Part shown: piece by piece, positions 17,192 to 25,904 of the stretch
Numbering within the stretch: the first letter of the stretch is position 1
Layout of the letters: each line of letters begins with the position of its first letter
Assembly: GCA_964623775.1 (NCBI GenBank)
Contig: CAZUVH010000001.1
Coordinates: 220,784 to 284,783, forward strand
Length of the DNA: 64,000 nt
Source: an uncultured Candidatus Saccharibacteria bacterium
GTDB lineage: Bacteria > Patescibacteriota > Minisyncoccia > Phycocordibacterales > UBA2100
Direction of reading: 5' to 3'
Program-made: the position numbers and the translations under genes
Notes under the pieces: model-generated
The model's input: only the letters and a program-made list of their open reading frames with translations
Database searches by the model: none
What the model was told of the DNA's origin: nothing

Positions 17192-18073
17192 ATGCGTGAA
17201 GCATTTCCAAATAAGAACAAAGACGCGGCGGAAAAAAACTCCGAAGTTTTTGTCAGTGAGTGGGATAGGGAAATTCTCGAAAAAGGCGCGCATGGCGTTA
17301 TCTCGAAAATACTGGAAGATTTTGACGGGCCCCCTGACGTGATCGTATTACCAGAGACCTCAGCGCGACCACTTTTTTATGTGCTACGGCCAGTCTTTCA
17401 AAAGTTACAGGAGACCGGTGGTACTCAGATGCCGAGGTTTTATTTTTTTAATACAAAAAAGCCGAGCATAGCACTTTCCGTAGAGGAGCGTGCCAAAGGT
17501 GGTTTTGAAGACGAATACGTAACAATCGATTCAACCGAAGAATTACGGCGGCTCATTGAGGAAATGGGATATCCTCCGAATGTGACAGAACACCAATTGA
17601 AAGAAGCGGAACCCGAGAAAATGAAGGAGGCCAGGGATTTGATGAAAGAGCGCGCCCACGAAATCCTTGATCGTGCACCTGGTGCACGAATCGCAATCGT
17701 TGATGAATATGAATCGAATGGTTATACAGTTCGGGAAGTGCGCCGTGCTTTTTCGAATCCAGAGCTTCCAGCGTATTCAATTTTTGCAGATTATCCCACT
17801 CAGACTCATGCGGGCACGACCATTAATGCTAATCGCGAAGGTAACCCGCGACGCCACAACAAAGCAAAATTAACCTATTCCGATGAACCTGCCGTGGGTG
17901 TACAAAAAAATAAACATGAATTTTTTGAAAAATACACGTTAGCAATCAGGAATTCTCACGATCCGCAGGATTTAGAGCAACAAAAAGCAACTTTGCGAAA
18001 AGAATTGATAGTAGTTGGAGAAAAGGTTGCGAACACTATCTTAAAAGAAATATCCGACAAAAAGGCGGCATGA
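17192..18073 (+). CDS. phosphoribosyltransferase-like domain protein
   Basis: RIAIVDEYESNGYT matches the type I PRTase PRPP-binding motif (hhhhDD/E....G.T); stop overlaps the murC start (ATGA); start at MREAF rather than the ORF-track 17168. Confidence 0.4.
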   Translation: MREAFPNKNKDAAEKNSEVFVSEWDREILEKGAHGVISKILEDFDGPPDVIVLPETSARPLFYVLRPVFQKLQETGGTQMPRFYFFNTKKPSIALSVEERAKGGFEDEYVTIDSTEELRRLIEEMGYPPNVTEHQLKEAEPEKMKEARDLMKERAHEILDRAPGARIAIVDEYESNGYTVREVRRAFSNPELPAYSIFADYPTQTHAGTTINANREGNPRRHNKAKLTYSDEPAVGVQKNKHEFFEKYTLAIRNSHDPQDLEQQKATLRKELIVVGEKVANTILKEISDKKAA

Positions 18074-19350
18074 ACATTCCACAGAACATATATATGATCG
18101 GTATCGGCGGCATAGGGATGTCGGCGCTCGCGCAATTGCTGCGCCACCAGGGTCATGAGGTGTCGGGATCGGATCGCGAAGCATCGCCCGTCACTATGCT
18201 GCTCGTCGAGAAGGGTATCCATGTCGAGATCGGACAGAGCGAGAAAAATATCCCCGCAGGCTGCGAGCTCGTGATCTATAGCGACGCGGTACCCTCGAGT
18301 AATCCTGAGCGCGAACACGCCAAGAAAAAAGACATTCCTGAGATGCCGTACTTCGAAGCGCTCGGCGAAGTGACGAAAAATACCAAGACGATTGCCGTTG
18401 CGGGCACGCACGGCAAGACGACCGTGACGGGAATGCTCGCGAAGATTTTGGAATACGCAAAAAAGGAGCCGACAGCGATCGTGGGCTCGATTGTGCGTGA
18501 TTTTGGATCGAATTTCTTGCCGGGCACCGAAGATCTTTTCGTCGTCGAAGCGTGCGAGTACCGCGACCACCTGCTCAGGCTCTCGCCACACATTCTCGTG
18601 ATTACAAATCTTGAGCTCGATCACACGGATTACTTCCCAAATCTTGAAGCTCTGCAAAACACATTCAGAAAAGCAGTCGAGCGAGTCCCCGTCGACGGCG
18701 CGATCGTCGCAAATCCCTATGATCCGGTTGTTGCGGCTGTCCTCGGCCATGCGAAGGCACCCATAATCGACTACACGACGCAGACAGTGCCGCGGCTCGA
18801 GTTGATCGGCGAGTTTAATTCGCAAAACGCGCAGGCTGCAAAAGCGGCGGCTCGCACCGCATTTCCGCACCTGCAGGAAGAGTACACCGACCGCGCACTT
18901 CTCGAATTCAAGGGTTCGTGGCGCAGGTTTGAGTATCGCGGCGAGACGCCGAGCGGGGCCGTCGTGTACGACGATTATGCGCATCACCCGACGGCAATAA
19001 AGAAGACGATCGAGGCCGCACGCGAGAGATTCCCCGATAAGCGCATCATTGTCGCTTTCCACCCGCATCTGTATAGTCGCACCAAGAGTTTCCTCAACGA
19101 ATTCGCTGAAGCGCTCTCTGCGGCAGATGAGGCGATCGTGGCGCCCATATACGCTGCACGCGAGACACCTGATCCCGAGGTCTCCAATCACATACTCGCG
19201 AATCTCGCGCTGGGGAAAGGTGGGGATGTAATCGCACTCGATTCATTCGACGAGATCCGCGACCGACTGCTCGGTGAAGACAAAAATTCGCTCATCATCA
19301 CCATGGGCGCAGGCGATATCTACAAAGTCGCCGAACAAATCGCGGATTGA
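18070..19350 (+). CDS. murC: UDP-N-acetylmuramate--L-alanine ligase
   Basis: IYMIGIGGIGMSALAQLL N-terminus, AVAGTHGKTT P-loop, Mur ligase middle/C domains; 426 aa. Confidence 0.9.
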   Translation: MNIPQNIYMIGIGGIGMSALAQLLRHQGHEVSGSDREASPVTMLLVEKGIHVEIGQSEKNIPAGCELVIYSDAVPSSNPEREHAKKKDIPEMPYFEALGEVTKNTKTIAVAGTHGKTTVTGMLAKILEYAKKEPTAIVGSIVRDFGSNFLPGTEDLFVVEACEYRDHLLRLSPHILVITNLELDHTDYFPNLEALQNTFRKAVERVPVDGAIVANPYDPVVAAVLGHAKAPIIDYTTQTVPRLELIGEFNSQNAQAAKAAARTAFPHLQEEYTDRALLEFKGSWRRFEYRGETPSGAVVYDDYAHHPTAIKKTIEAARERFPDKRIIVAFHPHLYSRTKSFLNEFAEALSAADEAIVAPIYAARETPDPEVSNHILANLALGKGGDVIALDSFDEIRDRLLGEDKNSLIITMGAGDIYKVAEQIAD

Positions 19351-19371
19351 TGGCTGTGCTATTGTTTCCTC

Positions 19372-21219
19372 ATGGAAAAACAGAAGCATCCGCTCCATCT
19401 CAAAAATCCCGAGCTCCAGACTTCTGCCGAAGTGAACCGCGCAGTCAAGCGGCACGAACGTCACGATGATGAAAAGATCCCCAACAACCCCTCCGAACGC
19501 ATCGAGGCGTACATGGGTCGTCTCGAGAATGTCTTTCTCAATCCTGACGAGCGGACTCGCACGCGCAATCTGGAAATGTTCCGCGATAAAATATACGACG
19601 CGCTTATCATCAAAAAAGATAACTTTCCCGATTCGTATTTCGAACTTCAGAAACGCATCGCCCGTGAACGCGGCCAGAATATTGAAGTAATTCCGGCCGA
19701 TGTCCGCGAGCAGATGATGGACACCGCCATCGAGGATCAACGACATTCTCTCGACGCGTGGATGGAATATCTCACCTCGCCGAACGCCGTGTATCCAGCA
19801 TGGTTCAAATATTACGCATGGAATCAGATCATAAAGCTCTCGCAATTCGACAAAGAACGCGGCGAATTCAAGAAACGCACCGACTCCACCGTCGCTCCGT
19901 ATCCGGAAATCTATCGTGAACCTTTGGCCCAGATCGCCGATCTCTATGAGCGCGTAAAGGATAACAACAAAGATTCGGAAGCCCGTCGAGAATTCGACAG
20001 AAAATTTCCGGCTCTGTACGCCGAACTTATCTCAAAATCCCTCGCCGCTTCGATGGAGAACCGCGAGGAGGTTCGCGGACAATGGATAAAATACGAACAG
20101 GGGAACGATGAGGCCGCGCAAAAGCTGTTCGAGTCGCTCGAAGGAAAAGGAACCGGATGGTGTACCGCCGGCCGTTCGACCGCCGAAACGCAGATCGAGT
20201 CCGGCGACTTCTATGCGTACTATACGTACGGCAAAGATGGCACTCCAAGCCAGCCGCGCCTTGCCATCCGCATGGATGGAAAAGACAGGATTGGCGAGGT
20301 CAGAGGTATTCTTCCGCATCAGGGAGTGGAACCGGTCGTACAGGAAGTGCTCGACGACAAGCTCAAAGAATTCGGAGATGAGGCGGAGGTATATCGCAAA
20401 AAAAGCGAGGATATGCGACGTCTCACCTCCCTTGAGCGTGCATACGAAAAGGGCGAACAATTCACGAGGGATGATCTGGTTTTTTTGTATGAAATAAACT
20501 CAACTATTGATGGTTTTGGGTACAAAAAGGATCCTCGTATCGAAGAACTTCGCGCTGACCGGAATCTGGAGGAGGATATACTTACCATCTTTGAATGCGC
20601 AAAAGAGGAAATCGCTCACGTGCCGAGCGAAATAACCGAAAATACCAAAGCATATGTCGGACAGCTTGAGCCGGGCATTTTCCAGAAGCTTCCGGCAACT
20701 TTGGAGCATGTATATACGTCATTCCCCGAAAAGGAAATCCGACGTGAAAGTGTCGAAATCGGTGGCAAAACTACCGAGCAATTGATACACGAAATGGAAA
20801 AGGCCGATATTCACATTTCCGATTATGCGCGGAGCATGCTTCGAAACTCGAAAGAATTCATCCCAAAAAAAAATTCGGAGGACATGACGCTTATCCACCT
20901 CACGGTCGGTGATCTTGGCTTCAGAACGAGCGCGACCGCCGACCAGATATTCGAGCGGGCGCAACAGCTCGGTTTGGAACTTTGCCCGTCGGATACCGGT
21001 CCCAATTGGCGGCTAAAGTACCGCAATCAACCTTTGGGAGAATGGATCTGCATGGGCATGAAGCAAATAACCAGCTCTGATGGACTCCCAAGCATCTTCA
21101 TACTAGATCGCGGTGACGTTGGCTTGTGGCTGGCCACCGCCTCGGCGGAATTTGACCACAGGTGGAGTTCGGACAATGTGTTCATTTTCCGTCTCCGCAA
21201 GGCGTCTCCTGAATCTTAG
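19372..21219 (+). CDS. large hypothetical soluble protein (615 aa)
   Basis: Long uninterrupted ORF with balanced composition; no motif recognised; followed by a terminator-like hairpin. Confidence 0.55.
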   Translation: MEKQKHPLHLKNPELQTSAEVNRAVKRHERHDDEKIPNNPSERIEAYMGRLENVFLNPDERTRTRNLEMFRDKIYDALIIKKDNFPDSYFELQKRIARERGQNIEVIPADVREQMMDTAIEDQRHSLDAWMEYLTSPNAVYPAWFKYYAWNQIIKLSQFDKERGEFKKRTDSTVAPYPEIYREPLAQIADLYERVKDNNKDSEARREFDRKFPALYAELISKSLAASMENREEVRGQWIKYEQGNDEAAQKLFESLEGKGTGWCTAGRSTAETQIESGDFYAYYTYGKDGTPSQPRLAIRMDGKDRIGEVRGILPHQGVEPVVQEVLDDKLKEFGDEAEVYRKKSEDMRRLTSLERAYEKGEQFTRDDLVFLYEINSTIDGFGYKKDPRIEELRADRNLEEDILTIFECAKEEIAHVPSEITENTKAYVGQLEPGIFQKLPATLEHVYTSFPEKEIRRESVEIGGKTTEQLIHEMEKADIHISDYARSMLRNSKEFIPKKNSEDMTLIHLTVGDLGFRTSATADQIFERAQQLGLELCPSDTGPNWRLKYRNQPLGEWICMGMKQITSSDGLPSIFILDRGDVGLWLATASAEFDHRWSSDNVFIFRLRKASPES

Positions 21220-21273
21220 CGCTCCGATTTTTGTCTCTTTGCCTTCTGTTTTCGCAACTTTCTTCATTTCTTT

Positions 21274-21299
21274 CCGCCGCGATGGCGGGTAGGTTTTTT
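21274..21299 (+). terminator. putative rho-independent terminator
   Basis: CCGCC-gcgat-GGCGG followed by gtaggTTTTTT. Confidence 0.45.
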
Positions 21300-21768
21300 A
21301 CGAAAAAATTTCCGGTTCCGGATTGGGATTTTTTTCCTTAAAGACGAGGATTTTGTATCCGAAAAAATTTCCGAGAACGGATACCGGTATCGTCATGAGT
21401 ACTGCGATGTTTGCCCAAAGTTTTGGCGAGATTCCCTCCGGTGCGCCAAGAACATTTACCAAGAACGAAATAATGGCGACGTTGAGGAGGGCTACACTGC
21501 TGGAGACGGAGAAGAACAAGACGTATTCGCGACGCGCCGTCTCTTTATCTTTGACCTTAAACACCAAAAATTTATTCCAGAAGAATGAGTGCGTGACGAC
21601 GATCGCAAAGGTGATCAGTGAGAAGAACGTAATCTCGATACCCTCGGTGATGCCGGAGACCCACAGGAAGATGTTGAAAATACTGAGGCTGAGGACGGTG
21701 TTGAGTACGCCAACAAGCGCATACCGGACGAATTTCCAGCCCAAGATCTTCTGCAAGAGGAGATACAT
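21298..21768 (-). CDS. GtrA family protein (polysaccharide synthesis, flippase-associated)
   Basis: KFVRYALVGVLNTVLSLSIFNIFL...WNKFLVFK matches GtrA family; 4 TM helices; start at MYLLLQK (21768) rather than the ORF-track 21837. Confidence 0.65.
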   Translation of the reverse strand: MYLLLQKILGWKFVRYALVGVLNTVLSLSIFNIFLWVSGITEGIEITFFSLITFAIVVTHSFFWNKFLVFKVKDKETARREYVLFFSVSSSVALLNVAIISFLVNVLGAPEGISPKLWANIAVLMTIPVSVLGNFFGYKILVFKEKNPNPEPEIFS

Positions 21769-21855
21769 CCCAAAAGAATACGGGCCCAGGTGCCTAGTGT
21801 AAAGGCGGGCTCTGTTGCATAGACGCACGGTACGCATCCGTGATAGTGTCCACGC

Positions 21856-22554
21856 ATGGAAGAATCCGAAGAGTCAAAGGGCAAACTTTCAATAGTCGCG
21901 ACACCCATCGGCAATATGGGGGATATTACCTTTCGCGGTCTGTGGAATCTCAAGGAGTGCACGGCTATTTATGCAGAAGATACGCGGGAGATTTTGAAAT
22001 TGCTCAATCACTATGGTCTGCGCAAATCCGTATTTCGCCTCGACGCGGCAATGGAGGATAAGAAGGCGAAAGAGGTGATCGAAAAATTGGAGGCGGGCGA
22101 ACATATCTGCTACGTGACCGACGCCGGGACGCCGGGGATCTCAGATCCAGGGGCGAGGCTCGTCGCGCGCGTACGAAGGCTCGCACCGGACGTCGTGATC
22201 GACGCGATCCCGGGTGCTTCGGCGCTCACGGCTGCGATTTCGATCTCGGGCGCCGATCTCGATTCGTTTACCTTTCTCGGATTCTTGCCGCACAAAAAAG
22301 GCCGTCAGACCACTCTGAAACGAATCGCAAAAAGCGAGATTCCTGTGATCCTGTACGAATCTCCGCACCGGATTTTGAAACTCTTGAAAGAGCTTGAGGG
22401 TGTCGGCATTGAGAAAGTCTCGATCGGACGCGAGCTCACCAAGATGCACGAGGAAATGATAAGTGGCTCACCTAAAGAGCTCGCAAAAGATTTGGAGAAG
22501 CGAAAAGCAGTGAGAGGTGAGTTTGTCGTGATTGTCGAACCCAAAGGAGCTTAG
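21856..22554 (+). CDS. rsmI: 16S rRNA (cytidine1402-2'-O)-methyltransferase
   Basis: LSIVATPIGNMGDIT signature and tetrapyrrole-methylase fold length (232 aa). Confidence 0.85.
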   Translation: MEESEESKGKLSIVATPIGNMGDITFRGLWNLKECTAIYAEDTREILKLLNHYGLRKSVFRLDAAMEDKKAKEVIEKLEAGEHICYVTDAGTPGISDPGARLVARVRRLAPDVVIDAIPGASALTAAISISGADLDSFTFLGFLPHKKGRQTTLKRIAKSEIPVILYESPHRILKLLKELEGVGIEKVSIGRELTKMHEEMISGSPKELAKDLEKRKAVRGEFVVIVEPKGA

Positions 22555-23396
22555 AACGGCCGCGGTCTATCTATATCGTACTTTTTTGCCGCATCCTGAA
22601 ATGTTTCGGGGTATTGTTTCTGGCCTTCCTCGGAAAGACCGGACTTTTCGATAGCTTCATCAAAGGTCTCTACTTTCGGAGAGTGTCTCTCTTCGTTGAT
22701 AGTCCTCTTTTTCAACATACTCATATTTGCGTCCCTCCCTGGGAAAAACCGCGCTTTGCGTAGGTATGCCTGAGTATAGGGGAATAGTTTCCCACCGATA
22801 TCGAGGCCGGTAAAAAGATGACTCTGCCAACCGCCGGCAAATATCTCACCAGATATACTGTCGAAATTCTTAAGCTCTTTTCCTATTGGTGAAGAAAGAA
22901 GTTGGATCTGGGTATCCTTGTCGCTCAGCCGACTTTCCATGAGTGCTTGCAGCTCATTTTTCAGGTGCCATCCGAATCGTTTCCGAATGTAGTCTTTTTT
23001 GTAAATACTCTGTTCGCCAAAAGAGGTTATAGGGAATGTGACGCCCTCCTCTTTGACTTTTCTCTTGATCTCAGAATAGTAGGGACTCGATATAAAATCC
23101 GCTTCGTCGAAAAAGATGTGCAAATCGATGTCGGTCTTTTTCGCGGTTTCTTCGGTCAGCACTTTACCTTTTGTTAGAGAACCAAAAAGGGAAAAGGCGA
23201 GGTTAACTCCAGGAAACTTCTTTTGCAGTTCATCGCAAGATTCTTTGACAGCTTTGTACCGCTCGCGTGAGATCGGATCTTCGGAGATTTTGAAACGTTC
23301 AGGGGAAGGCGTGTAGGGTACTTTTTTCTGACGCTCCATGCTCATATCATCACAGTATACCAATATCGACGTATTCTTTGCGACGTGAAATCTCAC
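22551..23396 (-). CDS. nucleotidyltransferase (Pol-beta superfamily) domain protein
   Basis: FGSLTKGKVLTEETAKKTDIDLHIFFDEAD fits the GS..G....DxD NTase core; long C-terminal region unassigned; true start may be the internal MSMERQ. Confidence 0.4.
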   Translation of the reverse strand: MRFHVAKNTSILVYCDDMSMERQKKVPYTPSPERFKISEDPISRERYKAVKESCDELQKKFPGVNLAFSLFGSLTKGKVLTEETAKKTDIDLHIFFDEADFISSPYYSEIKRKVKEEGVTFPITSFGEQSIYKKDYIRKRFGWHLKNELQALMESRLSDKDTQIQLLSSPIGKELKNFDSISGEIFAGGWQSHLFTGLDIGGKLFPYTQAYLRKARFFPGRDANMSMLKKRTINEERHSPKVETFDEAIEKSGLSEEGQKQYPETFQDAAKKYDIDRPRPF

Positions 23397-23414
23397 CGTG
23401 GTATACTCCTTGCC

Positions 23415-23654
23415 ATGACAGCAGACGCACTCATTATTCTTGCGGGGACATTGGTCGCAGTAATCCCATTTCTCGGGTTTCCATCATCGTGGGATCGTGT
23501 GTTTTTCTTTGTGCTCGGAGTGTTTGTCGTCGCGCTCGGTATCGCGGTCAGGAGGAAGCAGGTAGCACACCGACCGGAGGTAAAGCCGACACTTTTTGCA
23601 GAAAGCCAGCCAAATCTTTCTGCTCAGAGTGTCCATCATGAAGCAGATAAGTAA
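23415..23654 (+). CDS. small membrane protein (2 predicted TM helices)
   Basis: Start at MTADALII; overlaps the start of the next gene. Confidence 0.35.
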   Translation: MTADALIILAGTLVAVIPFLGFPSSWDRVFFFVLGVFVVALGIAVRRKQVAHRPEVKPTLFAESQPNLSAQSVHHEADK

Positions 23655-24897
23655 ATTTGGGCGCAATAGTTTTGTTGCTATTGGCGGCATCGCGTTTGCG
23701 GGTGCAGGCATGACGATTGCAGCGTACACCGTGCCCTCACTTAGTCCCGAAGTCGCTTTCGTCCGGACACCGGCGGCAGTCGAGCAGGCATTGCCGGGGC
23801 CGCAAGAGCCCGAGAAGCCGGTCGTGACGCACATACCGACGCCTGTCCCCGTAAAAGCGATCTACATGACTCAGTGTGTCGTCGGCACGCCATCGTTTCG
23901 TGCTGATCTCGTGAAGCTCGTCGATGAGACCGAGCTCAATTCGATCATTATTGATATCAAGGATTTTACCGGGGGTATCGCATTTCCTGCGCCTGACGAC
24001 CCGCTTCTCAAGGATTACCGATCGACAAAGTGCGGAGCGGCCGACATGAAGGACTTCGTGCGATCATTGCACGACAAGGGTATTTACGTGATCGGGCGCA
24101 TCACTGTCTTCCAAGACCCTCTGCAGGCTTCCAAATACCCCGAGCTCGCAGTGCAGAAAAAAGGCGGCGGCGTCTGGCACGATCACAAAGGTCTTGCGTT
24201 TATCGACGTGGGTGCAAAAGCGCACTGGGATTACATTGTTGAGCTCTCGCGCTACTCGTATGAAGAAATCGGGTTTGATGAGCTCAATTACGATTACATC
24301 CGCTTTCCTTCGGATGGTCCGATGGACCAGGCAGTGTACAGCCACAGTGTGGCTCTGGGGAAATCAAAATCAGGAGCGCTCGAAGAATTTTTCAAATATC
24401 TCAACGAGAAAGTGAAGCCGATGGGCATCGTTACTTCCGCCGATCTTTTCGGCTACATAACGGTGCATGAAGACGACCTCGGTATTGGGCAGCTGCTCGA
24501 GCGTGCGCTGCCGCATTTCGACTACATAGCCCCGATGGTCTATCCATCTCACTACAACAGCGGCTTTGCGGGTGTGAAGAATGTGAATTCGAATCCGTAT
24601 CTCATCGTGTATGAGTCGATGAAGACGGCGGTCGAGCGCACGATCGCGACGACGACATCGGTCTATTTCCTAGGCGCTGTACCGATCGCTTCTACCTCCC
24701 CGCAGCTCTATCACAAGCCGGCGTATGACAAATCCAAAATGCGCCCGTGGCTCCAGGCATTTGATTATCCGGTGCCATATACGCCAAAGATGGTGGAGGA
24801 TCAGATCAGAGCAAATACCGACTCCGGCCTCGATTCGTATTTTATGTGGGATGCGGCCAATAAATACCGGAGCTTGCGCGAAGTGCTTGCTGAATGA
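23638..24897 (+). CDS. putative glycoside-hydrolase-like TIM-barrel protein (DUF4015/GHL-type), membrane-anchored
   Basis: N-terminal TM anchor, then VKAIYMTQCVVGT...NSIIIDIKD and later YDYIRFP blocks typical of putative-glycoside-hydrolase DUF4015 proteins. Confidence 0.45.
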   Translation: MKQISKFGRNSFVAIGGIAFAGAGMTIAAYTVPSLSPEVAFVRTPAAVEQALPGPQEPEKPVVTHIPTPVPVKAIYMTQCVVGTPSFRADLVKLVDETELNSIIIDIKDFTGGIAFPAPDDPLLKDYRSTKCGAADMKDFVRSLHDKGIYVIGRITVFQDPLQASKYPELAVQKKGGGVWHDHKGLAFIDVGAKAHWDYIVELSRYSYEEIGFDELNYDYIRFPSDGPMDQAVYSHSVALGKSKSGALEEFFKYLNEKVKPMGIVTSADLFGYITVHEDDLGIGQLLERALPHFDYIAPMVYPSHYNSGFAGVKNVNSNPYLIVYESMKTAVERTIATTTSVYFLGAVPIASTSPQLYHKPAYDKSKMRPWLQAFDYPVPYTPKMVEDQIRANTDSGLDSYFMWDAANKYRSLREVLAE

Positions 24898-24915
24898 ACG
24901 TGGTATTATTTCGCC

Positions 24916-25140
24916 ATGGAAAATTTTGAACAAGCAAAGAAAGTTGCGAGCCATGAATTGCCAGAACATTCGGGCATTAATGGATCTGAATTACAGCTGC
25001 CGACCCCGACACCGGAAATAGAAAAGAAACCGGAAATTTCACCGGCGGAGCTCAATGACCTCATTCAAAATCCAGAGAAACAGTGGGACAAAGACGAGGA
25101 GCGGGACAATCCTGCCAAAAAGGGACCAACAATTCACTAA
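24916..25140 (+). CDS. small acidic protein (74 aa)
   Basis: Followed by a perfect palindromic terminator. Confidence 0.4.
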   Translation: MENFEQAKKVASHELPEHSGINGSELQLPTPTPEIEKKPEISPAELNDLIQNPEKQWDKDEERDNPAKKGPTIH

Positions 25141-25153
25141 TTGAAAAAAATTA

Positions 25154-25182
25154 CCCGCCGCGAATAATTCGCGGCGGGTTTT
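25154..25182. terminator. bidirectional terminator
   Basis: CCCGCCGCGAAT-a-ATTCGCGGCGGG 12-bp stem flanked by A- and T-tracts. Confidence 0.8.
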
Positions 25183-25183
25183 G

Positions 25184-25753
25184 TTATGCGTATTCGGGGA
25201 GCGCCCGTATCGCAGGAAGGAGCTGTGAGATTCGCAGGTCGACGCCGATCGTTTGCCAGGCTTTTCTGACGACAAAAGGATTGCTGTCGGCGGTGGCCAA
25301 ATGGAGGAGTCTGAGAACAGCTTGAGTCTTGCCGCCGCCAAACCCGTCGCGTGTCGTCTCGAGAATTACCTTGTCGAGCACATTGTCGAGTACGTCCCGA
25401 CTCCTTGAGAATATAGGAGTCGCCAATAGTGTACGGGCGAAGTGATCTCTCTTGGCGGGTTCATCCGTGTAATTGAGCCCATCAATCAGCAATTCCCACA
25501 GGTATGCGCGAGTAATGGGAAGCGGATATGTGAGCTCATAAGGAATTTTTTGCATGAGCTCAATCGCCTTGTCGGCCACCTTGGTTATCACCGGTGGATA
25601 AGCGGGAATTCCATAAAAGCGTACGATTTTTTCGGCAACCTTCTTCAGCTCCTCATCATCCGCACTATCTTTAGCAAGGACGGCCTTTCCCACAAATATG
25701 AGCTCGTGGGCTTCGATTTGATTTTTTACCGGCACTTCGGTGACTGTAGTCAT
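25184..25753 (-). CDS. hypothetical protein (189 aa, helical)
   Basis: AAGGAGAA SD 6 nt upstream of the ATG at 25753. Confidence 0.55.
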   Translation of the reverse strand: MTTVTEVPVKNQIEAHELIFVGKAVLAKDSADDEELKKVAEKIVRFYGIPAYPPVITKVADKAIELMQKIPYELTYPLPITRAYLWELLIDGLNYTDEPAKRDHFARTLLATPIFSRSRDVLDNVLDKVILETTRDGFGGGKTQAVLRLLHLATADSNPFVVRKAWQTIGVDLRISQLLPAIRALPEYA

Positions 25754-25889
25754 GACATTCTCCTTGAGGGCCTAGACCCTCTTCTGGTGTCAGTGAGGTC
25801 GAAACCTCGGTTTGTGGACTCTGAAGCGGCGCGAACGACGCTTTGTCCGGGCGCATAAAACCATAAATTCTCCCGAGGAGCAATATTTT

Positions 25890-25898
25890 TGATATACT
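25890..25898 (+). promoter_or_regulatory. TG-extended -10 box (TGATATACT) for a leaderless transcript
   Basis: 6 nt upstream of ATG 25905; no SD. Confidence 0.45.
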
Positions 25899-25904
25899 TT
25901 CTAT

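Noticed and set aside
17956-19191. 411-aa minus-strand ORF
   Set aside because: Antisense to murC, which has unmistakable Mur ligase motifs; Arg/Cys-rich shadow ORF typical of the high-GC antisense frame
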